A stretch of DNA of 20,000 nucleotides from IMG/VR virus record IMGVR_UViG_3300031413_000601. One strand, 5' to 3'. A model generated the notes under the pieces. That model was not told the DNA's origin. It searched no databases and saw only the letters and a program-made list of their open reading frames with translations. The number at the start of each line of letters is the position of its first letter. The stretch's first letter is position 1. Made by a program: the position numbers and the translations under genes. Shown here in pieces: positions 6,997 through 14,070 of this stretch. Source of the stretch: an uncultured virus (IMG/VR IMGVR_UViG_3300031413_000601) (taxonomy: Duplodnaviria; Heunggongvirae; Uroviricota; Caudoviricetes).

Positions 6997-7019
6997 AGCC
7001 CGCAACTGCGGGCTTTTTT
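6997..7019 (+). terminator. Rho-independent terminator closing the cI-cargo (immunity) transcript
   Basis: AGCCCGC-aact-GCGGGCT followed by a T run. Confidence 0.9.
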
Positions 7020-7097
7020 GTGCCCCCCTCCCCACTGCAAGTCATTAAATCCCGTCCGCACAACTAACACCCAATGCTTGAAAATTTTTTCCCATAC

Positions 7098-7139
7098 TAT
7101 CCATTCGCGTATTGACTTATCTATTCGTTCGCGTATAGT
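7098..7139 (+). promoter_or_regulatory. pL-like promoter with two OL-like operators (7098-7113, 7122-7137)
   Basis: TTGACT (7112-7117), 16 bp, TATAGT (7134-7139); TATCCATTCGCGTATT is 15/16 identical to the reverse complement of 4858-4873; second site TATTCGTTCGCGTATA. Confidence 0.88.
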
Positions 7140-7175
7140 TCAATCCATCGACACACCAACAGCGATGGAGAAGGA

Positions 7176-7256
7176 ATGTCACCAGCCGAACTTGCAGCAC
7201 TTGCAGAAGCCCAGCACCGCGGTGATGCCGCATACGCCGCCCAGGTGCGGAAATGA
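7176..7256 (+). CDS. First pL ORF, 26-aa peptide MSPAELAALAEAQHRGDAAYAAQVRK
   Basis: GGAGAAGGA upstream; stop overlaps the next ATG (ATGA). Confidence 0.6.
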   Translation: MSPAELAALAEAQHRGDAAYAAQVRK

Positions 7257-7594
7257 TCGCCCTGATCGTGGGCGTACCTGGCGCCGGTAGCAGCTTCAAC
7301 TTCACCGACCTGGCAGCCGAGACCGTGACCGCCGTGAAGCGCGGCGCGCGCCTGGCACTGGTCCAGCCAGCACCTGCTGCAGCAGACGGGCGCCAGACAG
7401 TGGCCCAGTTCTGCGCCGATCGCGGCGTGAAACGCACCCTCGCCGAAATGAGCGGCATCGGCCGCAGGGCTGCAGCGCTGAGCCGCGCTGACGGCCTGCT
7501 GATTGGCCGCGTTTTTGAGTGCTACGGGGAGGTGAACACCTACGAGCCGGCCGTGCTGGCCATCGCCTTCGCCGCCGCCGAGGCCGCGCAATGA
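7253..7594 (+). CDS. Hypothetical protein, 113 aa; C-terminus resembles a phage antirepressor-type C-terminal DNA-binding module
   Basis: GRRAAALSRADGLLIGRV...YGEVNTYEPAVL; ATGA coupling at both ends. Confidence 0.75.
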   Translation: MIALIVGVPGAGSSFNFTDLAAETVTAVKRGARLALVQPAPAAADGRQTVAQFCADRGVKRTLAEMSGIGRRAAALSRADGLLIGRVFECYGEVNTYEPAVLAIAFAAAEAAQ

Positions 7595-7962
7595 ATGCCC
7601 CGATCAACATCGCTCTACTGCAGGCCGCCGCCAGCGTCGCTCCGATCAGGCCGCGCGCCGAGCAACCGTCGGTAGCGCCCGGCAGCCGCGTGCTGGTCGT
7701 CGGCCACGAACACGACGGCGTGCTGCTGGACCTGCACGGCACGCTCGACGTAGCCGGCTATGACGTGACGGACGTGACGCTGACCGGTGAAACGGTGGCG
7801 CTGACCGTCCTCTTCTCCCGCGACCAGCTGCTGCAGTTCAACGACTGGTGCGACCACAACTTGCCCAGCGCCCACGAGCTGCGCCTGGTATCGATCGACG
7901 AAGCGCGCATCGAGCGCCGCGAATGGGAACGCAACTTCAACGTGGAGCGCCCACCGATGTGA
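7591..7962 (+). CDS. Hypothetical phage protein, 123 aa
   Basis: ATG 7591 overlaps the upstream TGA; GC3-rich codon usage. Confidence 0.8.
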   Translation: MNAPINIALLQAAASVAPIRPRAEQPSVAPGSRVLVVGHEHDGVLLDLHGTLDVAGYDVTDVTLTGETVALTVLFSRDQLLQFNDWCDHNLPSAHELRLVSIDEARIERREWERNFNVERPPM

Positions 7963-8013
7963 TCTCTCGCCGGATGTTGCAGGTAATTCACCCAACAAAT
8001 TTAGGAGTCTATC

Positions 8014-8352
8014 GTGAAGAAAATCATTGTAGTAACCGCGCTGTTGACCGCCCTCGCCGCTCACGCAGCACCAGTCGAAAAGCAGTGCGCCGCGCTGGCC
8101 AAGGTCGCTGATGTTGTCGTGCTGTTGAAGGCCCAGGGTGCACCGGAAGCACAGGTACAGAAAGAGCTTAACGGCGAGAAGCCGGACCGCCGCCTGGGTC
8201 AAGCCATCCGCGACGTGTACGCCGGCGCCAGCTCTGCGCAGGTCAAGGCCGAATGCCTGGCCGATGCCGCGCCGGGCCCGCTGCGCCCTGGTCGCACTCC
8301 CACTGACTCGAACGGCGCGCAATCGATCAGCGACGTGCTGATCACGCACTAA
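8014..8352 (+). CDS. Small secreted or periplasmic protein, 112 aa
   Basis: TAGGAG RBS, GTG start; signal peptide MKKIIVVTALLTALAAHA|AP; two Cys. Confidence 0.85.
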   Translation: MKKIIVVTALLTALAAHAAPVEKQCAALAKVADVVVLLKAQGAPEAQVQKELNGEKPDRRLGQAIRDVYAGASSAQVKAECLADAAPGPLRPGRTPTDSNGAQSISDVLITH

Positions 8353-8502
8353 TCCGAATGCGGTCGCCGGGCGCTGCTACCACCCGGCTAGTCATGGCCA
8401 AGCGAAGAAACCGGCCCAGTGGGATCTGAAATGCTCGCGTCGCACTCGCCCCGTGCCGCCGGCCGGCGTATCCGGCCACAACCAACCATAGAAAGGCATC
8501 AC

Positions 8503-8685
8503 ATGGCAGCAGCTACCCCGACCTCTTTCAAACCTGGCCAGAAGGTCACCGTCCGCGCCCGCAGCAAGGTCGTGACCGGCAAGTTCCTCGCAGAGCGCCC
8601 GGGCGCGAAGGGCGTGTACCTCGACATCGACCTGGGCGAAGGCAAGACCGGAAGTTACCGCCCTTCGCAGGTGCAGGCGGCGTGA
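8503..8685 (+). CDS. Small basic SH3/KOW-like beta-barrel protein, 60 aa
   Basis: AAAGG RBS; FKPGQKVTVR...VTGKFL...VYLDIDL...SYRPSQV. Confidence 0.8.
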   Translation: MAAATPTSFKPGQKVTVRARSKVVTGKFLAERPGAKGVYLDIDLGEGKTGSYRPSQVQAA

Positions 8686-8690
8686 CACAA

Positions 8691-8950
8691 CGGCGGCGTG
8701 CAGGCCGCCGGCACTACCCGTCCCGCGCCGGGCAAGCGCGGGAACCACAAGTGATCCGGTTGCAATAAGGGTGGACGGTCCGTCTGCAGACGCGCCGGCA
8801 ATCCGCACCAACCTGCTGGTGTCGCCCGAATACGTGGGCCACGCAGCCGGATCACTTGTGGTGTAGCGCCGAAATGGGAGAAAGACGGCCCTTGAATCCC
8901 ATCTAAAAACAATAGCAGCAGTAGCTGGGCCTGACCGGGGCAGAACCGGT
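8691..8950 (+). ncRNA. Candidate structured non-coding RNA (20-bp duplex enclosing a multi-branch domain, plus flanking hairpins)
   Basis: Inverted repeat 8744-8763/8843-8862 (19 Watson-Crick pairs plus 1 G-U) in a 295-nt gap with no convincing ORF; further hairpins at 8691-8710, 8721-8743, 8874-8902 and 8934-8950. Confidence 0.6.
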
Positions 8951-8980
8951 ACCAACAACGAAACGAACAGGGAGAGCGCG

Positions 8981-9229
8981 ATGCGTGAGGTGAAGATTTT
9001 CAAGTGGGAACAGCAGGTCATCGACGGCGTGCGCAAGAACGTGAAGGTGCTGGATCAAGTGGCGTTGTTCCACCAATTCGGTCAAGAGGCCGACGATGAG
9101 GGGCACTCCAACCCGGTAGCCATCGTGGAGTGCGCTGACGGCCGTGTTGAAACTGTGGTCGCCTGGATGATCCAGTTCGTTGACGCGCCGGGTGCTACGA
9201 CCGCCGAGCCACGGGTGCGTTACGTATGA
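8981..9229 (+). CDS. Hypothetical phage protein, 82 aa
   Basis: GGGAG RBS; FHQFGQE...PVAIVECADGRVETV is a pattern typical of small phage proteins. Confidence 0.85.
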   Translation: MREVKIFKWEQQVIDGVRKNVKVLDQVALFHQFGQEADDEGHSNPVAIVECADGRVETVVAWMIQFVDAPGATTAEPRVRYV

Positions 9230-9450
9230 ACAACGCCCGCCACATCACCGCAGGCCGTGCCTCGCGCCTCGCCGTGTCGAGCGCCCTGGCCTTCGACTAC
9301 CAGGACAGTGGCTTTGAGGATGCGCTCACCGTCGGCAACCTCGACGCGGCTGAGCACGTGCCCGCCGGCTGCTGCTACGGCGCGCCCGCCACCGCCAGCC
9401 GCAACGCCATCCGCCTGCAACTGACCGACCGTGAAGGAGCCGCATCTTGA
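9226..9450 (+). CDS. Hypothetical protein, 74 aa
   Basis: ATGA-coupled to the upstream gene. Confidence 0.7.
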   Translation: MNNARHITAGRASRLAVSSALAFDYQDSGFEDALTVGNLDAAEHVPAGCCYGAPATASRNAIRLQLTDREGAAS

Positions 9451-9563
9451 AGACTCGCTACATCCGCGCCGCGCTGGTCGGCGCCACCGCCGGCTTTGTC
9501 TTGGGTAGTGCCGTCGCCGGCGCGCTCTGGTTCGGCGCCCTGCAATCGGCGGTGTCGCCATGA
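9447..9563 (+). CDS. Small single-TM protein, 38 aa (MKTRYIRAALVGATAGFVLGSAVAGALWFGALQSAVSP)
   Basis: AAGGAG RBS, TTG start overlapping the upstream TGA; stop overlaps the next ATG. Confidence 0.7.
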   Translation: MKTRYIRAALVGATAGFVLGSAVAGALWFGALQSAVSP

Positions 9564-9694
9564 TCTACCAGCTCACCATCAAGCACGCGGACGGCAGCAC
9601 CGAGCGCCGCACGGCCATCGGCAAGCTGGCCGCCATTGTTGACGCGCTGTACGACGCTGGCGCGCTGGGCGTAACCGCCATGGTGCGCACGTGA
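9560..9694 (+). CDS. Small hypothetical protein, 44 aa (MIYQLTIKHADGSTERRTAIGKLAAIVDALYDAGALGVTAMVRT)
   Basis: ATGA and GTGA overlaps at both ends. Confidence 0.75.
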   Translation: MIYQLTIKHADGSTERRTAIGKLAAIVDALYDAGALGVTAMVRT

Positions 9695-9960
9695 GCGCCC
9701 TGGAGCCGGGCCTGGTCGCCCAATTGCTGGCGCACGAGGCGGCGCCGGCCGAGAAGGCGCTGCGCAAAATCGTCTCGCTGTTCACCGACAACGCATTCAT
9801 GAGCGGCCACGAGCTGCGCGTGATGGAAATCGCGATGGAGGGCCTGGGCGCGTCGGCGAGTGAGCGGCGCTTGGCAGTCGAGGCGGCGATCCAGTTGCGG
9901 CGCAACAGGGTCATGGGCCGCTACACCGAACAAGGAAGGGTCGGTCATGAAGCTGCGTGA
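9691..9960 (+). CDS. Hypothetical protein, 89 aa
   Basis: GTGA-coupled start; codon usage like its neighbours. Confidence 0.75.
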   Translation: MSALEPGLVAQLLAHEAAPAEKALRKIVSLFTDNAFMSGHELRVMEIAMEGLGASASERRLAVEAAIQLRRNRVMGRYTEQGRVGHEAA

Positions 9961-10081
9961 AATCCTGACCGTCGGCGCCCTGCTCACCCTGGTGGCGGCC
10001 ACCTACGGCTACATGCAGCAAGCCGATGCCCGCGCTGCGCAGCACGAGCAAGAAATCTGGACCGGCAAGGTCGATAAGTAG
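9947..10081 (+). CDS. Small membrane-anchored protein, 44 aa
   Basis: AAGGAAGGG upstream; MKLREILTVGALLTLVAATYGYM hydrophobic N-terminus. Confidence 0.7.
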   Translation: MKLREILTVGALLTLVAATYGYMQQADARAAQHEQEIWTGKVDK

Positions 10082-10148
10082 CCGGCGCCGCAGCACCACG
10101 AATTTTTCCGCCACCGGCGGCAACAACGAAGTCCACCTGGAGAGAAGT

Positions 10149-11267
10149 ATGAACGCAGTTACGAAAGAAAGCCAAGCCGCTATGCAGTTGGCTCCCGCAC
10201 CCGCTGACCTGCCAATGGTCGCCACCAGTAGCGCCTCGCTGATACTTGACAGCGCGAGCATGGACAGCATTATGCGCCTCGCGGACATCATGGCGAAGGG
10301 CCGCTCTACGATCCCAGAGCACCTGCGCGGCAACGCCGCCGACTGCGCCGCAGTGGTTATGCAGGCCGTCCAGTGGCGAATGAACCCATTTGCCGTCGCT
10401 CAAAAGACCCATCTCGTCAACGGGGTGCTGGGCTACGAGGCGCAACTGGTCAACGCCGTGATCCAGTCGAGTGGCGTCGCTGAGGATCGCTTCAACTACG
10501 AATGGTACGGTCCATGGGAACGGATCATCGGCAAGACCAAAGTCATTACCGTGCCAGCCAAGGCCGACAAAAAAGAATACCAGTTCCGCGTACCGGATTA
10601 CGGCATGGAAGCTGAGGCTGGTCTGGGCGTGCGCGTGTCGTGCACGTTGAAGGGTGAATCGGAGCCTCGCGTTCTTGATCTGCTGCTGGTACAAGCCAGT
10701 GTTCGCAATTCGCCACTTTGGGCGACCGACCCGAAACAGCAACTGGCGTACCTCGCCGTGAAGCGATGGACTCGGCTGCACGCGCCTGATGTGATCTTGG
10801 GCGTCTACACCCCGGATGAACTGGAAGAGGTGAACCGCGAGATCCGCGATATCACCCCAGCGGCTGAGCAAGCCACGGGCGCCGTGCCTGCACCCGAAGC
10901 ACCGCCGGAACTGATTCAGGAAGCGAAAGCTGCCGCGTCCAAAGGTGTTGCCGCTTACCAGAAATTCTGGAGCGACACCGGTGCACCAAACCGCAAAGCA
11001 TTGGCGCCGTATCACGACGGCTGGAAGACTGCTGCCATCGCCGCCGACCAGGGCCGCACCGTCGACGCCGAGACGACCGCCGGCGCCACGAGGCCGCTGT
11101 CTGCGGACATGCAAGCACTGCTGGCCGACCTCACCGCCGACGCCGATGCCGGCGCCGATTTCTTCAACGAAGTATGGGGACGTTTGTCGCCGGCCACGCA
11201 AGACTGCCTGGTCAATGAATATCCCAAGTTGAAGGCCCGCGCCGAGGCTGCTGGAGCGGGCAAATGA
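10149..11267 (+). CDS. recT: RecT/Redbeta-family single-strand annealing protein, 372 aa
   Basis: IPEHLRGNAADC...WRMNPFAVAQKTHLVNGVLGYEAQLVNAVI...NSPLWATDPKQQLAYLAVKRWTRLHAPDVILGVYTPDEL; GGAG RBS. Confidence 0.93.
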   Translation: MNAVTKESQAAMQLAPAPADLPMVATSSASLILDSASMDSIMRLADIMAKGRSTIPEHLRGNAADCAAVVMQAVQWRMNPFAVAQKTHLVNGVLGYEAQLVNAVIQSSGVAEDRFNYEWYGPWERIIGKTKVITVPAKADKKEYQFRVPDYGMEAEAGLGVRVSCTLKGESEPRVLDLLLVQASVRNSPLWATDPKQQLAYLAVKRWTRLHAPDVILGVYTPDELEEVNREIRDITPAAEQATGAVPAPEAPPELIQEAKAAASKGVAAYQKFWSDTGAPNRKALAPYHDGWKTAAIAADQGRTVDAETTAGATRPLSADMQALLADLTADADAGADFFNEVWGRLSPATQDCLVNEYPKLKARAEAAGAGK

Positions 11268-12034
11268 TCGTCTTGAACTGCGCTCAAGGAAGCCCGGAAT
11301 GGCACCAAGCCCGTGCGGGCGTGATCACCGCCAGCATGTTCGTGGTTGCCCGGTCGCGGACCGGCGGCTTGGACGAAAAGCAGCAGGCGTACGTCTCTGC
11401 GATCCGCTCCGGCATGAGCGAAGGCGCTGCCCGCGATCTGGCCGGCTACCGCGCGGCGCCGAAGGCTGAATCCATTCAGCGCGCCATCGAAGGTCTGCCG
11501 GTTGGTGACTTCTCGGAAGCGGCCAAGGCCTACGCCTTCCGCCTGGCCATCGAGCGCATCAGCGGCATGCCACTGGACGAGAGCTTTGAGACCTACGCCA
11601 TGCGACGTGGCCACGAATTGGAGCCAGCGGCGCGGCGCGAACACGAGATTGCCAGCGGCCACATGGTTCAGCGCGCAGGCTTCGTTCTCTCCGGTGACCA
11701 CCTGTTCGGCGCCAGCGCCGACGGCCTGATCGGCAAGGACGGCGGCAGCGAATACAAGTGCCTGATCTCGCCGGAGCGTCTGCAGCGCATTTACATCGAC
11801 GGCGACGCCAGCGAGTTCATGGACCAGGTGCAGGGCTGCATGTGGCTCACGGCCCGGAAGTGGTGGGACTTCTGTGTGTACTGCCCCGCGATGGAAATCA
11901 TCGACAAGCACCTGTGGATGCGCACCTACCAGCGCGACGACGAGTACATCGATCAGATGGTTGAGGAGCTTGCCGAGTTTGAAAAATTGGTCACCCACTA
12001 CGAAACAACTTTACGGATGAAGGAAGCAGCATGA
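11264..12034 (+). CDS. YqaJ-like (lambda-exo family) phage recombination exonuclease
   Basis: QGSPEWHQARAGVITAS, MRRGHELEPAAR, GASADGLI, EYKC, QVQGCMWLT. Confidence 0.95.
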   Translation: MIVLNCAQGSPEWHQARAGVITASMFVVARSRTGGLDEKQQAYVSAIRSGMSEGAARDLAGYRAAPKAESIQRAIEGLPVGDFSEAAKAYAFRLAIERISGMPLDESFETYAMRRGHELEPAARREHEIASGHMVQRAGFVLSGDHLFGASADGLIGKDGGSEYKCLISPERLQRIYIDGDASEFMDQVQGCMWLTARKWWDFCVYCPAMEIIDKHLWMRTYQRDDEYIDQMVEELAEFEKLVTHYETTLRMKEAA

Positions 12035-13485
12035 ACAACCACCCAGCAGAAAACGAAGCAGTCGGCGCCGTCGCAATCCAGGCTGACACGGGCGCGCCGG
12101 CCACCAGTCAACTGATCACCCTCGATCCAGCCAAGTATGTCGCGGAGGTGTTCAAGCCCTTCAACGACAAACTGGAAGCATTGAAGGTCGAAGCCGACGC
12201 GATTACCCCTGACGCCAGCACGACGGCCGGAATGGACGTTTGCATCAAGTATCGCGCCGCTTTCCGTGACGACGTGCGTATCGCCGGCGAGAAGGCCCGC
12301 GCCGACCGCAAGGCACCCATCCTCCAGATCGGCAAGCTGCTCGACACAAAGTACCGCGACCTTCTCGAGGCGGTGGCTCCGTATGAGGCAAAGTTCCATA
12401 ACGCGATCGAGGCGGAGAAGAAGCGCAAGGAAGAATTGAAGGCGGCCGAGGCAGCGCGCGCCGAGCAGATCCGCCTCCGCGTCGTCGCTATCCGCGAATT
12501 GCCGCTCCAGGCCGTCGGCCAGTCGGCCGAAGTGATTGTGAAGATGTTAGCGGCGCTGGAAGCCGACGAGCCCGACGATACATTCGGCGCCATGCTCGAT
12601 GCGGCCAAGACCGCGCGCACCGAGGTGCTGGCCAAGCTCGCCGCGCTGCACGTCACCGCAACTCAAACGGAGGCAGAGGCCGCCCGCATCGCCGCCGAGC
12701 GCGCCGAACTGGCGCAGCTGCGCGAGGCCGCCGCTGAACGCCAGCGCCAGGCGCAAGCCGAAGCCGAGCGCGTCGCTGCTGCACAGAAGGCCGAGGCCGA
12801 CCGCCTGGCCGCGCTGGCCGCCGAACAGGAAGCCGCTGCACTGCGTGAGCGTGAAGCTGCCGCTGCGCGCCTGAAGGCCGAGGCCGACGCTCAGGCAGAG
12901 GCGAATCGCGTAGCTCAAGCCGAAATCGATCGCCAGCGCACGGAACTCGACGCTGCCAGGGCTGCGGCCGACGCCGAGCGCCAAGCGGCCGCCGACCAGG
13001 CTGAGCGCGACCGCGTAGCCGCCGCGACCAAGGCGCAGATGGAGCAGCAGGCTGCCGCCGTCGCCGCCCAGCGCACAGCCCGAGCCGAAGCCGACCGCGT
13101 CGCCCAGCAGGAGCACCACACCCGCGGAAGCGCCCTCGCCGCCGCCCACCAGAGCCTGGCGCAGGAGAAGGCCGCCGCGCTGGCCGACCAGGGCCAGCTC
13201 ACAGACCTGGCGAACGCGCAGACCGGCACCGCCGTCGCCGATGACCTGTTCTCGACCGGCAGCGCCGCGAGCGCCAGCGACGCAACCACTGCGCCGGCAC
13301 TGCGCCTGGGCCAGATCGGCGAGCGCCTCGGTATTTCCCTCACGGCCGACTTCCTGAGCTCGCTGGGCTTCGCGCCGGTGGCCACCGACCGCGCCGCCAA
13401 GCTGTATCACGAAGCAGATTTCCCGCGCATGTGCGCTGCGCTGAGCCGCCACATCGCCACCGTCCAAGCCAAGTATTCCGTTTAA
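12031..13485 (+). CDS. Long Ala/Glu/Arg-rich coiled-coil phage protein with a small conserved-looking C-terminal domain, 484 aa
   Basis: RKAPILQIGKLLD...EAEKKRKEE; long AE/RQ-rich helix; C-terminal LRLGQIGERLGISLTADFLSSLGF...AAKLY. Confidence 0.88.
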   Translation: MNNHPAENEAVGAVAIQADTGAPATSQLITLDPAKYVAEVFKPFNDKLEALKVEADAITPDASTTAGMDVCIKYRAAFRDDVRIAGEKARADRKAPILQIGKLLDTKYRDLLEAVAPYEAKFHNAIEAEKKRKEELKAAEAARAEQIRLRVVAIRELPLQAVGQSAEVIVKMLAALEADEPDDTFGAMLDAAKTARTEVLAKLAALHVTATQTEAEAARIAAERAELAQLREAAAERQRQAQAEAERVAAAQKAEADRLAALAAEQEAAALREREAAAARLKAEADAQAEANRVAQAEIDRQRTELDAARAAADAERQAAADQAERDRVAAATKAQMEQQAAAVAAQRTARAEADRVAQQEHHTRGSALAAAHQSLAQEKAAALADQGQLTDLANAQTGTAVADDLFSTGSAASASDATTAPALRLGQIGERLGISLTADFLSSLGFAPVATDRAAKLYHEADFPRMCAALSRHIATVQAKYSV

Positions 13486-13509
13486 CCCGTTCACCACCAG
13501 GAGCCAACC

Positions 13510-13809
13510 ATGAACGCAAACAGCATCCCGCTCACCCCGGTCAAGTCCAGCAAGCTGCACGCCATCGGCCACGACGCCGCCAGCCAGACCCTGGCCATCC
13601 AGTTCTTCGCCAAGGGCGCGCCCGGCAACGTGTACCACTACGCCAACTTCACGGCGCAGGAATTCACCGCCTTCGCCGGCGCCGAGTCCGTGGGCAAGCA
13701 CTTCATCGCGCACATCCAGCCGCATAAGGACAAGCACCCGTACCAGAACATGGGTGTGCCGGCGGCGCCGGTCGCGGCCGAGACGGCGGCGCCAGGAGTT
13801 GCAGCGTGA
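13510..13809 (+). CDS. KTSC domain protein
   Basis: PVKSSKLHAIGHD...TLAIQF...VYHYAN...F..AESVGKHFIAHI; AGGAG RBS. Confidence 0.92.
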   Translation: MNANSIPLTPVKSSKLHAIGHDAASQTLAIQFFAKGAPGNVYHYANFTAQEFTAFAGAESVGKHFIAHIQPHKDKHPYQNMGVPAAPVAAETAAPGVAA

Positions 13810-14042
13810 GCCGCCGGCCACCATCGGCCGCGCAGTTACAGGCGGCCTGCGACAAGTTCAACGCAGCGCACGAGGTCGGCGCCGCCGTCACCGTGCTGCT
13901 GGACAATGGCGAGGTCCGCGAGACCATCACCACCAGTGAAGCTCAAGTGCTCAGCGGCCACAGCGCCGTGATCTGGCTCGAAGGCATCAGTGGCTGCGAC
14001 CTGCTGGAGCGCGTGGCACCACTCGAGGCGACCGCAGCATGA
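13806..14042 (+). CDS. Hypothetical phage protein, 78 aa
   Basis: GTGA-coupled; TTSEAQVLSGHSAVIWLEGISGC. Confidence 0.8.
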   Translation: MSRRPPSAAQLQAACDKFNAAHEVGAAVTVLLDNGEVRETITTSEAQVLSGHSAVIWLEGISGCDLLERVAPLEATAA

Positions 14043-14070
14043 ACGCGCGCCGCGCAGCGGGAGCACCGCC

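Noticed and set aside
8744..8862. Retron msr-msd (a1/a2 repeats), tRNA or CRISPR repeat interpretation of the inverted repeat
   Set aside because: No reverse transcriptase or cas gene in the window, no TTC T-loop or proper acceptor stem, and no repeat-spacer periodicity.
12660..13200. Repetitive GCC/GAG-rich DNA, TolA-like appearance
   Set aside because: Explained by Ala/Glu/Arg coiled-coil coding; no TolA TM anchor and no discrete DNA repeat unit.
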